Assembly (NCBI GenBank): GCA_047495785.1
Contig: JBLDXI010000033.1
Coordinates: 248,001-312,000, forward strand
Reading direction: 5' to 3'
Length of the DNA stretch: 64,000 nucleotides
From: Lepidodermella squamata
Lineage: Eukaryota; Animalia; Gastrotricha
Below the pieces are notes generated by a model, which ran no database searches, was not told the origin of the DNA, and saw only the letters and a list, made by a program, of their open reading frames with translations. Of this stretch, positions 1 through 11,936 are shown in pieces; position 1 is the first letter of the stretch; each line of letters starts with the position of its first letter. A program made the position numbers and the translations under genes.

Positions 1-447
1 CACGTAATAAAAGGAATAAGAAATTGTTTAATTGTCCTCGGGTGTCAAACATTCCTGAGAGTCAGCCTATTTCGAATCCCCAAGGTATTTTGAGAATTTC
101 TCGCCAACTTGGTGTAAAGTTTACAGAGGAGATGACCAAGGCCGACCGGTGAATATTGGGCATGAAAACGAATCGTTAGGGCACCTTACCCTATACTTAT
201 GAGAACATTCGAATTATTGTCTGAGACCTCTGTTTATTTGAATTAATTTAATTTTTTTCCACTGGTAGCTGCTTAATACTTTTATTGCGCAGGCTTTGCT
301 TTTCCGTTGTACGATGAAATGCGGAAAATGGGCGAGGTTCTTTTGCTGCGAATCCTTTCATTTCCTGGTGAATAACAGAGCATAGCCTAGTCAACGAGTG
401 CGTGATCGAACTCAAGTCGATTGATTATCGCAATATTTGAACCAGAG

Positions 448-1584
448 ATGTTTTTCCTATTCATCATACTCTCGAACGTAGGCTCTAGCTGGCTATTCTC
501 GGAAATAGCGAATGCTAGAAGTATAGCTTTGCTAAATAAATGCGGTCACCTGTCAGTTGAATCTGTGAATCCGAGCTGTAACACTAGCAGCAGTTTCGCC
601 TACTCCGACCACTCTTGCACGCCAACGCCTGTTGAAATTAGTTTGGTCGTCTATCGCAACTACGGAATTGATGACATAAATCAGAGCTTCAAGCTGCTGT
701 TCAGCGTTTCAGTTGAGTGGGCTGTCAGCTGCAAAGCACTAGAACACGATGAAGGAGAAATATTCTACCCGAATGCCTCGCTTTTCTGGACACCTCTGAT
801 ATATCACGACAATTCCATTGATGATCTTTCCATGAAACATTTTCACAAGGATCTAATTATTCGAACAAAGAAAGGTTTTGCGTCTTCCCTGATGGTTCTG
901 CGAGGTGTGGCTACTTCTCTATGTGATATAGACTTGAGGAATTTTCCATTTGACTACCAAGAATGTTCGATTGGTATTCGCGTAGGAAATCGAATTAAAG
1001 ATGCCATAGTAAAAGGAACAGTAAAAGCCCGTTATGATTTCAATACGCCAACTCGTGACAACTGGGAACTTCTGACAATCCGAATGAATGTAGATCCTCG
1101 TTCCCTGGCTTCTCGTTCTCCCGTTTTCAAAATTGTTCTCAAAAGACGACCCCACTTCTATGTCTGGTTTCTAATTGTTCCTTGCATCATTTTGACCTCG
1201 ATGCAGTTCCTCTCTGTCGCTATTCATGCAACCAAGCCTTTAAGGCCAGTCTTTGCGTTTACTGTTCTCCTTGCTATGACCGCTTTGAGGCTTGAAGTTA
1301 CCCGAAGGACTCCAGCTAAGCCCGGACGGATGCTACTAACGGATTTCACGCGCTCCTGTGAACTGTTGACGCTGCTGATTACTGTATACGCATTTGTAAC
1401 GTGCTACATGGCGAAAAAGTACTCCAAATGGTACAATCGGAACGTCATAGTTCGTGGGCGTTTCAAGCTGTCTCGAAATAGGCTGATGGACGTTATAGCT
1501 TTTTCGGTAGCTGTTATTGCCTTCAGTGTAATTTGCATCGCCGTTCTTGAACCTGTTCGATATACGGATAACACTGCGCATTAA
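448..1584 (+). CDS. Cys-loop pentameric ligand-gated ion channel subunit, divergent non-alpha type, intronless
   Basis: Cys-loop CDIDLRNFPFDYQEC (C-x13-C), loop A FWTP, pre-M1 LKRRPHFY, M2 with TVLL, four TM helices with a very short M3-M4 loop. ATG at 448 precedes a signal-peptide-like segment (the ORF track starts at TTG 421). Confidence 0.92.
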   Translation: MFFLFIILSNVGSSWLFSEIANARSIALLNKCGHLSVESVNPSCNTSSSFAYSDHSCTPTPVEISLVVYRNYGIDDINQSFKLLFSVSVEWAVSCKALEHDEGEIFYPNASLFWTPLIYHDNSIDDLSMKHFHKDLIIRTKKGFASSLMVLRGVATSLCDIDLRNFPFDYQECSIGIRVGNRIKDAIVKGTVKARYDFNTPTRDNWELLTIRMNVDPRSLASRSPVFKIVLKRRPHFYVWFLIVPCIILTSMQFLSVAIHATKPLRPVFAFTVLLAMTALRLEVTRRTPAKPGRMLLTDFTRSCELLTLLITVYAFVTCYMAKKYSKWYNRNVIVRGRFKLSRNRLMDVIAFSVAVIAFSVICIAVLEPVRYTDNTAH

Positions 1585-1727
1585 TAGTCCCATCCCTAGT
1601 CCGTGGTTCGCATGTCAATTGCAAGAAACAAGCCAAGTACGGGGAGGCGCCGATCTCGAACTATTCAATAATACGTGATATACGTATCTATTGTATGCTC
1701 ATTTCTTCTGATATGTATGTGTGTCAC

Positions 1728-1994
1728 CAGAGGCGTAGCCAGGATTTATTTTTGGGGGGTGTTAATGAAACCTGCGGCCTCGAAAATTTCGGGGTCGAAA
1801 AAACACATTAAAAGCCCATTTGCGAGCGAAGCGAGCTTTAGCTGGCGCTTTTTCGGGCATTTTCAAGCTGAAAATAGCCTTAAAATGCGTTAAAAGTTGC
1901 ATGCTTCTCAGAAAATTTGTTACTGGAGACCACTTTCAGGATTTCTTTGGGGGGTGTTTAACACCCAAAACCCCCCCCCCTGTCTACGCCACTG
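1728..1994. mobile_element. hAT-type non-autonomous element (MITE), 267 bp
   Basis: TIRs CAGAGGCGTAG / CTACGCCACTG (10/11 match). Perfect 8-bp TSD TGTGTCAC at 1720-1727 and 1995-2002. Confidence 0.9.
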
Positions 1995-3660
1995 TGTGTC
2001 ACACCTATCTATCAGTCGAGGTTAATTCAAACATGCAGCTTGAGTAACTCCGCTTGAGTAGCCGCTTTTACACGAGAGCGGAATTATGAAGTGTAATAAA
2101 TATGTGCGTAAACAAAGAATAGATTGCGCATTGCGCAATACTCCTAACTCGAGTTTTCCTTTATATCAACTTTCAATTTTTACAGGTTTTGAAGAGTGAA
2201 ATATTTTTTGGAATTATTTAGAAAGATGGGAAAATTCGGGGAAATTTTTTACTATCTTTTGATTGCTATCCCATCTCTTTTGGGAAAATCACTTGTGCAA
2301 TTATCTTGGAAGAGCTGTTTTTAAGTTATAATAAATTTTTCTGTAAATAGTGCTATCTGATGCATTCGAAACGAAAACGAAAATCTTTTTTATTGTGAAA
2401 TAATACAACTATGGAACGGAATACCGAAAACCTGCTTTCCGGAAATTGTTAATATTGACCTTTTCAAATGATATATGAACGGACTGGGGATGTCGTTATA
2501 ATCATCAGTACGCACCCGAAAGATTATGTAAATAAAAGAAACTAAGTGAACTAAGAAATGAAGAGCAAATTTTCTTTAATCTAGCCCGTGAGTTATGCAC
2601 GAGAAAATTGCTTTCGCATTGAAAAATTTTGGAATTCAAAAAAGCACTTGAAAGGCCGAATTTTTTTAATTTTTTACCCGCAGATTATCTACCTTTTTCA
2701 AATCAAAATATTTGTTCTACAGAAAGAAATTGATTTTTTGTTTGACGTGGCTGCCAATAAATGCTGGAAACGCTGAGTGTAGTCCTGATCACTAACTGAT
2801 TTATATCAATGATATATTTGGGATTTTTTAGTAGTTGTTGTTAGACGGGAGCGTCAATAGAGCCATAGCAGTACACCGGCCCACTTGGTTGAAAAAATTC
2901 AATAGTCAGTGAACCGCTATGCGGTTCTTGGCCATAACTGATCAAGGTGCTTAACAGACAGAATAATTCTGGGGTCTAAATTGGGTTTCCGCGTAGTACT
3001 TTCTTCGGAGAATCCCGGTATTTGATTTCGTAGTACATCTCTATGTGGGTGAATCACCAATGAGATACTTTTAATGAGATCATGTGAGTTCGTTAATTGG
3101 ATTCCGTCTGCCGAGTTAATTGGTTTGCTAGTACTGGTAGTTCGACTGAGAATGTGATTGCGGTTGCGGCATACCGGCTACGGCGTCCTTAACATGGGCT
3201 GGCATTCTTGGGCCCACCAAGTCGCGAAAGCAATGGTCCCCGGCGCTCGAACGCCAGCAAACGTTGAGCTGGTGGTAATAGACCATCTGGCTTATGTCGT
3301 CAGGCCACGACGGTCGCCGTGGGCCGTTGCGGTGTGCGCGGCCGGCCATTTGGATGGACAGGCGGCGGTTGCGAACTAGGCAGTTGTTGCTGTAACGCCT
3401 GCATGTTATAGCCCTTCTGTGCCAGGTTGATGAGCGAACTGGGGCGGCTGGTGTACCGCCGTGTGCTGCTTGGCCTTGGCCGTAGATCGTGCTGGCCTTA
3501 GAGGCGGTGATTGCGAAGGACCCGGCTGGTGGTAGGGCTAAAACTTCTCCACAAACTTTTGTCTCGGCATCCGTTGCTGTGTTTGTTTAGTATTGATCGT
3601 GCTCTCTTCAGCTCTTCTTCACATGTGGCCTCAGTCATGCGTATGATGCTCTGTTCAAAT

Positions 3661-4761
3661 ATGGAAAAAGTCTCCTTATGTTTTCTGATAATTTTGGTAC
3701 TTGTTGTAGCAGGAACGAAAATTTCCTTGAGACCTCGAACGAGTTATTTATTATCCAATTGCTCATGGCTCTCGACGGAATATTTCGGGCCGATTTGCAA
3801 AAGTGAAGTGAAGGATCAATGTTCCAATTTTGTTCTGTTGGCTTCAGTGATTAGTCTCCGAGTCGAAGCCATAAGCGACCAACGGCAAAGCTTCATTGCA
3901 TCTCTTGAAATGCGAATCGACTATGTAACTTCGTGCAAGTGGTTAGACATCGACGAAGGGAGTCGTTTCAATTTACCGCTGAATGTATTCTGGACACCGA
4001 AGTTATACCACGCGAATCCTTCATCAACACTAGTTGACATTCAAGAATCGGAAATGCAGGCTGTTTTCTATAAGAGAGGCATGGCTTTCCGATATAAAAC
4101 TATCAATAAGTTTTATTCAACTTGTTCGTTTGATGTTACTCTGTTCCCCTTTGACAAGCAAAACTGTTGGATCGAGTTGAAAACCGCACCAACGTCGCCT
4201 TTATACTCCCTACGTGTCACTTCACCTACAACCTCCAAGCGATTGAACTATAAAATATCAAACTGGCTTGTTACTCCCGGAAATGCCTCTGTCGAAAATA
4301 GGGTGAAGTTGAAAATAGGTTTAACGTTGCGCCGAAATCCCGAGTTTTACATGTGGAACATAATCATACCATTTGTTGTAACAACATCTGTTGTATTCCT
4401 AATCATTCTACTAGACCCTAAGCAATCCGACAGATCAGTTTTAGCTTTGACTATTTTCGTTTCGGTAATATTCATGGAGGTTGAAGCGCTAAACCATCTC
4501 CCTAGAAAACCAGGATTTGTGTTTCTACTATTTTTCATGAAAACATGTGAATTCCTGATCGGATTCGCTGTAATCTACTGCTGTGTAACCTGTGGCTTAG
4601 CCAACTCTTTTCCAGAATGGTTCACCTCGTCGCTATTCGAAACTCGATATTTTACTTTGTCTGCAGGAAAAACCTTGGATCTCCTTTTCGTTGTTATTTT
4701 CATTCAAATTTATTGCATGGGCGTTCTCTGGCTTTACTTAACAGCTGTGAGTCATTATTGA
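3661..4761 (+). CDS. Cys-loop pentameric ligand-gated ion channel subunit, paralogue 2, intronless
   Basis: Cys-loop CSFDVTLFPFDKQNC, FWTPKLYH, LRRNPEFY, four TM helices. ATG 3661 starts the signal peptide MEKVSLCFLIILVLVVAG. AATAAA lies just after the stop. Confidence 0.92.
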   Translation: MEKVSLCFLIILVLVVAGTKISLRPRTSYLLSNCSWLSTEYFGPICKSEVKDQCSNFVLLASVISLRVEAISDQRQSFIASLEMRIDYVTSCKWLDIDEGSRFNLPLNVFWTPKLYHANPSSTLVDIQESEMQAVFYKRGMAFRYKTINKFYSTCSFDVTLFPFDKQNCWIELKTAPTSPLYSLRVTSPTTSKRLNYKISNWLVTPGNASVENRVKLKIGLTLRRNPEFYMWNIIIPFVVTTSVVFLIILLDPKQSDRSVLALTIFVSVIFMEVEALNHLPRKPGFVFLLFFMKTCEFLIGFAVIYCCVTCGLANSFPEWFTSSLFETRYFTLSAGKTLDLLFVVIFIQIYCMGVLWLYLTAVSHY

Positions 4762-4780
4762 AATAATAAAAAGCGAAAAG

Positions 4781-5260
4781 TCAAATGAGTAATCTGGAGA
4801 TCAGAAATTCAATCGGAAAAGTCGCTGAACCACTTGGATCGAAGGTTCGACGGAACGTCCATCCTTGATCAAATTTACGCGAAGAACGCATAATGTTTTG
4901 AGAGCATGTCGGACCCGCCTCAAAGTTTTCAGCCACGAATCGAATGTACCGCGCGTCACATGACCCTAAAGTGGATGTGTCGCTGATGAAGATTTCGTTC
5001 AAACAGTCCCATCAGTCGTTATTGATCAACAGTAGGAGTTGCGAGTTGCGCACCTTAAATCTTGCATGTTTTGCGTCGATTTGGAGAAACCTCAACGCCT
5101 CTGTGACACTCATTGAAAAAAGTTGAATCGCATACTTGAATTTCATTGGCCTTTTCTCCCAGTCTGCATGATTTTTAGACAAGGAATTCGCCAGCGAGAA
5201 CTGCATGCTATCTTGAAGTTCAATCAGCAATTGGACGAATTTTACGTCAGCAACATAACG
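4781..5260 (-). pseudogene. P-element/THAP9-like transposase remnant (GTP-binding insertion region)
   Basis: SLANSLSKNHADWEKRPMKFKYAIQLFSMSVTEALRFL...INND*WDCLN matches the P-transposase pattern LANKL..H..W...MKV..A.QLFS.SVA.AL...ND.FD.LN, with an in-frame stop. Confidence 0.8.
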
Positions 5261-6134
5261 CTGCTATGTAGCCCGGAATTGAGCTGCTATGTAACACTGC
5301 TTTTTGAGGCGTGTACTCATAATTATCCTCATTATCATGTCATGTTGATCCGTTGACTCATTTTGGCTATCAGGGAAATGAATTCACTTGAGCCTTGAGA
5401 ATTGAAAGCTGGCAATTTAAGGGATCTTATATTTGCGGTTTATATTTAATCGGCTTGATATAATGATAATTCCGCTTTGATTCTCTCAATTTGAAACAAA
5501 TAAGTTCGATGCTTTTTTATTGCATTCTTCTTTTTTGTCTTAAGGCGGCACCAATCACGCGCAACGCTGCAAGCACTGTCGAATCCACCGTTGAGCTTTG
5601 AGCTTGAAGCTTGAGATTGGCTGCGGGTTCCGCTCGAGGATTCCAATGAAGATCCAATTCCAATGAAGCTGGATCGGCAGCAGCGGCACTCATTCCCCTG
5701 TTCGGGTTAGTTACCATAAAACTGTTTTCAATTCTATTTTAAATGATACTTCAGTTCACATATGGAAACATGAAAAGCTTAAGGACCATAGTTTTTTCGT
5801 CAGCAATATCCTTCTTTTCACAGCAAAATCCTTTTTCTCACAGCAATTTTTTTTCGCTAGGAACATCTTTTATTTGCAGCAAATCCCGTTTTATTTCAGG
5901 AGAAGAGAAAAAAATTGCAAGTTGAAATTGAAATTAACCACGCGATTCAGCGTCGCGTGTTTAGTTAGCATCATCACATGTCAGTAGCATTGTCAGTAAA
6001 TTATTGCTAAATTATTCGGAAAAAATGTCAGCTTTTTCTGAAATGAACATTTCCCAATTTTCCACGTCACCCTATTTTCCCAGGGCCATGTAGTGATTGT
6101 TGCAAAAAAACATGGAATGTTGGAATATTTACGT

Positions 6135-6876
6135 ATGAAAGACGGTTCGAGTTGCGCCCTACATCACCCCCTCTCAACGAAGAGTGGTGAGCGTTTTTTA
6201 AAAAAAAATTGTTTTGACGCGCAACGTGAAACTCGATGACATTACATTTACAGTATCATATAAACTTTTGCCAGAAACAAGGCAGGACGCTTACATAGTC
6301 ATACATAGACAAGTACAAGTCATAAAATAGCGATAAATTACATCTGCGATAATATGATGAGTTTTAAACCGAAATTGTTTTTGCTCAAGTAAGGTTGTTT
6401 TATATACCATTGAGAATTGAATACCGAATAGATAATGAATAATCATGTTAAATGAATAATCGGGATTTCAATTGACGAGCCGGAATCCGCCTCAATTCGG
6501 GTCGTTGTTGAGTCGATGTCGTATTTGCGCCGCGCTTCGATAGTTGGCCCTCGGCAAGACAACGGAAGGGGATTTGAGTGGGTTGTGCGGTGCCGCATGA
6601 AGGAACGCGGGGTGACAGTCACGAACTTCGTCGACATTTTGAATTTCGTAGCCAAAATTAATTTTCGAAAGAATTCAGGAAAAATTGAAAAAATTTTGAG
6701 GTGCCTTTTTGGAAGCCAAAAGGGAAGCCATGACTTTTCGAGTCGAATTGTTCACGTTGAACTTTCGTGAAATTTGAAAGCTCGCAATAATTGAAGTGAC
6801 TTCGAGCTGCAATTAATGAACTGTATGAACGCAACGCAACGCAACGAATGAAAGACGGTTCGAGTTGCGCCCTACA
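6135..6876 (-). mobile_element. Probable LTR-retrotransposon remnant (two LTR 5' ends plus a polypurine tract)
   Basis: 29-bp direct repeat at 6135-6163 and 6848-6876 reads TGTAGGGCGCAACTCGAACCGTCTTTCAT on the minus strand. The 6163 copy is immediately preceded (minus strand) by GAGAGGGGGTGA, as expected for a PPT before a 3' LTR. Confidence 0.55.
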
Positions 6877-7206
6877 AAATTAATGACTGATTGTTTGTTC
6901 CAAACGACTATAGGCTAGTATTTTTTCACCGGACAACCACTACCATCTCACATAGTTTCAGAATCGGCTCAAAACCGACTCAGAAGCTTTACTAATCATT
7001 CCCAGCAATAACGTTCACATATTGTGATAAAAGAAACAAACACTTATTAATACATTTCATATACAGTTGATAATTGCTGATGCCATTGCAACAGTGGATG
7101 TCGTAGGTAGTAGATGTGTGGTTTACATTTTCTTCGCAGGAATAGCTGAAATCTTCGTAAGATAAGAAGGCAGCTGCAACAGTAGGGGAGGCTTTCAATA
7201 ATTTTG

Positions 7207-7486
7207 TTGGGAAACATTTTCAAAATCAGCATCTTAATCTCTTTGAATATGACTTTTGGGATAGGGTGCAGATAAAAATTGGCATAAGTGTAAGGCGAGA
7301 CAGGTTCGTTTAAACGGTATACGCCATCGACGATGAATTTAGACAATAGTGGCAACTCGATTTGAGGTGAAGAAACAGCGTCTGTGCTCGTTGACTCGAC
7401 AGCCATTGGTTTCATTAGGAGTCGGCATTTGAAGTTCTGCTCCAAGGTTTGCTGCCTCTACCTCGACAGAGGTCGAGATTCTGGGG
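7207..7486 (-). repeat. Diverged ~280-bp copy of 10374-10638 (N-terminal part of an EnSpm-like transposase remnant)
   Basis: Shared blocks such as aaaatcagcatcttaatctctttgaatatga, gacgatgaatttagacaatagt and cgacagaggtcgagattctggg occur at both loci. Confidence 0.85.
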
Positions 7487-9199
7487 TTTTCTCTTTGGTT
7501 ATCAGCCTCTGATTCCACGATGGTTTGTAAATTCAAGGCTCGGAATCGGCAATGCACGCTCCAGAGTAGTCGTCGTAGCAAGACACAACGAAGGAAGATG
7601 ATGAATCTCTAGACGGCATCACCACACCCGACGAAACAGTGCGTCAGCTTTCTTCTTCTTTTCTCCCGGTGGGCCTGTGATTAAGGCAAGAGGCGTCGTT
7701 GGCTGCAGTCGACAGGCGCAACGTTGCCTTGGGCAACGGGGGGGGGCGGCATGTTGCTCGGCTGAGGAGGTTTGCCGGGATCTCTGAGACGAAATCTCGG
7801 GTCGAGAGGCGTGGCTTTCATCGTTATCTCCAACAAGAATGCTTTCGGTTCATCTCAAGGCCTCGTGTAGGCGGCGGTTCACCTGAGTATTTTCCTAGAT
7901 ATCCGAATTGATTCTCAGGGAAATCTATATAATACCATTTACAATTATCTCGAATCGCCACATCTTTTTATGATCTAAACTACAGATCTTTAACCACAGA
8001 GCAGCGCTACTTCCAGGGAGGGAAAGTAATGCAGAAATGCGCTGTTCAAATGGCCGAAAAATCAGGTTTAGAAATCTTGAAATTTGTCTTTTATATTTGT
8101 AACGGCAGACCGGAGCTGGTAAGAAAAGGCGTCATTCAAAACCGGTCTCGTTTTATTCAACGAAAAGAAAAGTCCCTGACGGGAATTCTGCAATCAAATT
8201 TAAGCAATTCAGTCAGCGTGATCTTGATTTCTTCTACTACTGGTTTGTAACAGGCAGAAGTTAGTTCCGCGAATCCAGTAACCTAAAAAATCCGTACATT
8301 AATCCATTATCCGAGGCTTCAAAAAACCTTGAAATCGAAATCGCACAAATTAAAAGTAATTCTTGGAATTCTTCCATTTGGTTGAATAGAGTACCGCAGC
8401 CGTGAACCTCGCGATGGAGTCGAATCGACATCACGTTCGAAGGAAAGCACCAATTAACAGAAGCCTCGGGCTTTTGGGCGGCTTGTGAACCCTAACAGCT
8501 TTTCAGCCAGCTTCAAAAAAAAATAGTTTTAACATTTTTCACGACATTAATTCATTTTTGAAAGGCCGAGCTTTCTTTTCAGAATTGTCGCTCTCTCCAT
8601 TAGGCTTAAATCGTAGAAGTCCTCTTCCGATGATGACTTATGAGGAATAGTCTAGAAGGATAACAGCAAAAAAGGAAAGTCGTACCAATAAGCGCACAAA
8701 GCTTGTCGTTGGTCCAATTTGCCAACATCGCTAGCAGCGATTTTCGGAAAGTTTTCCATATGTGTAAATTAACATGTATTGATGGTTGTGAATGAAGGCT
8801 TCAGTGAATACTTTGATAACTATAACTACGACGAAGGTGCACAGTCATGACAAAAGTAGCTACGCATTTTTACAATTTTTCAGCCATGAGCCGCACGTCG
8901 TACAGGCCGGGGTGCAACGTCGCCCTGCCGCGCGACAGCCGCAGCGCGAGCCGCAGCCAGAAGTGCATCGGCATGAAGCAGTACGAACAGCAGGAGGAAT
9001 TTTTTTGAAAGCGACATTAATTCGCTTTAGGAGCGATGACACGGATTTGATTTGCGGTTTTGAGGGATCGTAGATCAAGCGCTTCAAGGCACCCGGTTCG
9101 CAACTCCTTGCTGGCCAATGTAATGACGCTTTGTCGTTCTTGCCATGGCGGCCGATCCTAGACGAGCAACTTTGGTCGGAATTCTAGTCGAGCGACCAC

Positions 9200-9900
9200 A
9201 AACCTTAACATTAATTGCATCCAAAATAACCACCATTAAACCGCAATTTTCCAGCCGTCGCGGCAAAATCGATTGAAGAGAATCTCGTTGTGGTCTTGAT
9301 TTGCTCGTGATAGGAAAAAAGGTTTTGACCCCGTTGGACAAGACCTTCGAACAAAAAATTAGCCATATTGATCGAAGTTTCAATCAGCCCCCCGTTAGAG
9401 CTTCAGGGCTTGGCTTTATCCTCAGCTTACGAGATACAGAGCCAGGACACCACAAGGGAGCGAAATCATCTACTTTCAGATTACATGGCAGATAAACACC
9501 GATGAATACCGATGTCTTTCGCCCCAGCCAAAAACCTGCGCCTTATCGTAATTTTCAAGCTCTGGGCTGAAATCCTGTGATATTTGGATTAGATTTCGAG
9601 AGTTTCCATCACGGCGAAATCGGTAACTGAGGCTCAACAGGCTCAGGAGAGCATTTTTCGCCACGCTCGACAAAAGACACGCAAATTCCTAGCGTCGAAG
9701 CAGGCATGGGCAGTTCATCTTTGCCAACTTTTTTCACAAGACTCGCGATAACCCGACGGCCGTTGGCGCTTCCACCAGTCTCGTTATCGAAAAATTGCAC
9801 CAGTTTTAAAAGGCGAATAACGTTGTTTTTGATTTTGAAATGGCCCGCGTTTTTACCACAATGAAAAAACGGCCTTCTGGCAGGAAGTCCACCCTCGATT
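9200..9900 (-). pseudogene. Second P-element-like transposase remnant (C-terminal catalytic region)
   Basis: CSKVLSNGVKTF(frameshift)FLSRANQDHNEILFNRFCR resembles the P/THAP9 motif Y.LT.R.NQD.LE.FF..IR. Boundaries are approximate. Confidence 0.6.
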
Positions 9901-10184
9901 GGGCAGTAAACAGCTTATTTATGAATCAAATTTCGCAATTTGAATAACAGATAACACGTGGTACCTTGGTGGGTTTTTCGGGTCTTATGACACCGTAAAG
10001 AGGTCTCCGACGGAACTGAGCCACTGAGCGCTCGTAGTGGGAACCATGGAATCATTTTTAGATCGGAAATGGGAATTCCCCATTTTTGCTCGAAGCCAAT
10101 TTTTCAATCTTCGTAGTGTCGTAAAGTTTCCAGAGTGCTTTTCTTCGCCAAGGAATTTGCTTGATTTAATTCCGACTTTTGACC

Positions 10185-10640
10185 AGCAGCGAAAGGGCCA
10201 ATCGCATTGGTGAATGTCATCTCGTCGTAGAACAATACAATCGGAATGACAAATGACTCGACTGTCAGTTTGATCTACTCTTGTACATGGAGTCCCTGAA
10301 TCATCGACCCGAAGGCGATGACATTTTCGCCCAGTTTCAGCAGTGAGGCTTATACCTGAGTTGGGTGATATTATTGGGAAACATGTTCAAAATCAGCATC
10401 TTAATCTCTTTGAATATGATTTTGGTATCGGGTGCAGATAAAGATTGGTGTTAGGCGAGACTGGTTCGTTCAAACGGTTTACGCCATTGACGATGAATTT
10501 AGACAATAGTAGCAACTACAATTGAGGTGAAGAAACTTCGTCTTGACTTGTTGACTCAACAATCATTGGTTTCATCAGGAGTCGGCATTCTGCTCCTAGG
10601 TTTGCTGCCTCTAAGTCGACAGAGGTCGAGATTCTGGGTT
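10185..10640 (-). pseudogene. CMC-EnSpm-like transposase fragment
   Basis: FVIPIVLFYDEMTFTNAIGPFAAGQK resembles the first catalytic motif L.LY.DD....NPLG....HK of animal EnSpm-type transposases. Stops and frameshifts surround it. Confidence 0.65.
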
Positions 10641-11936
10641 AGAAATCTTGAAGTTTGTCTCAACAGTGCGACACCTGACAAAGAGAAATGTTTTTGAACG
10701 CTTGGGAAGGAGCTTGGTCGCTAAATTGATAAGATTCAAACCTGTACTCTGGTACTGATAGCAATTGGACACGAAACTTTCACGAGGCTGAAATCCGTCA
10801 GTAAATTGTTATTCTCTCCTGCCGCCTGCCGAAAAAAGTGAGCTTGAATTGTCGTTAGATCGAAAAATCATCAGCAAATTAACTGGTTTGTAAGTGTCGT
10901 CATTTCGTCTGCTCTCGCAACGCAGCGTCATCTCGCGGCTGCAGCCAGACCTTGCACAAGGGTAATCCGTACAATAGTAAGCCATTTCGTTTTTCGAACT
11001 GCGACATTCTGATCCGTTCTCTGCGAAAGGGCAGTAATTATTCTTTTCTTCAGTTCGTTCTGCTTTATACAGCTGTCGACCGTCGTCGGCAGATTTGCTA
11101 TTGACCGGTTCACGTCCATCAGTTCGATGACCGCGCAGGGGGTGATATTTGGCATCGTAAGTCATTCTAGCAATCGAGATTTTCAATTGTAAAACGTGAG
11201 AAGTTGTTTCGGATAACTGTAAATCGGTCGATGTGGACGAGTCAAATGTGTTCCAAGTTGAAGATTCAAGGTTATGTTGAGTTGGCCCAGAACGTGTTTG
11301 GCGAGTGCAGTTAGGACCTCGTTGTTGCTGTTCGGTTGGTGATTGGTGATTCATCTTTTTTGCACGTCAGAGCTTCTCAACTTTTTCAAGGTCATCAATA
11401 CATAGAGCACCCGATTTTTTGAACATTTGTTTAATAACGAAGGTATTATGCGTTAGTTACTCTGTAGCCGGCATATAGTTGTAAATTGCAGACATTTAGT
11501 CAGCGGATTGCAAAATTTTTCTGTAAAAAATACTTAATTCAATCTGTCATAAATTGAACTTTTCATTTCATCTTAGACTTGGAGTCGAAGATTCGCACCG
11601 ATCGAAATTTGAAATCGGACAATGATTCGATGAAATTAGCCTTGGATCGACTACTACTGATTTCTCTCGGGAAGTGCTCACCTGTCGTCGATGAGACCAA
11701 GCTTCACCTTGTATGAACTGACGGTGTTCTTTGCAAACGGGCTCAACTGGTTTCCAACTACTGTACGATGCTGTCCGGATGTGAATCTTTACTGAAATTA
11801 CCCAATTCTTGCCGCCTAAGCGTGTCGAGCTCTTAACTAATCATTTCACATATTAAGCGAGCAGGATTTCTCAACACGTGCCCTTCTTATTGTGTTAAAA
11901 TTACGATAAATCCTTGAAAGGTAGAATTTTTATAGC

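Noticed and set aside
3128-3560. GC-rich stretch with short ORFs on both strands
   Set aside because: It looks like decayed coding sequence on the minus strand but has stops and no assignable motif.
6135-6876. CRISPR-like repeats or a tRNA T-loop (GGTTCGA)
   Set aside because: Only two copies 713 bp apart in a eukaryotic context, with no cas genes and no cloverleaf.
10809-11354. 181-aa Cys-containing ORF as a gene
   Set aside because: No assignable domain, and it lies among TE debris. Probably another accessory-ORF relic.
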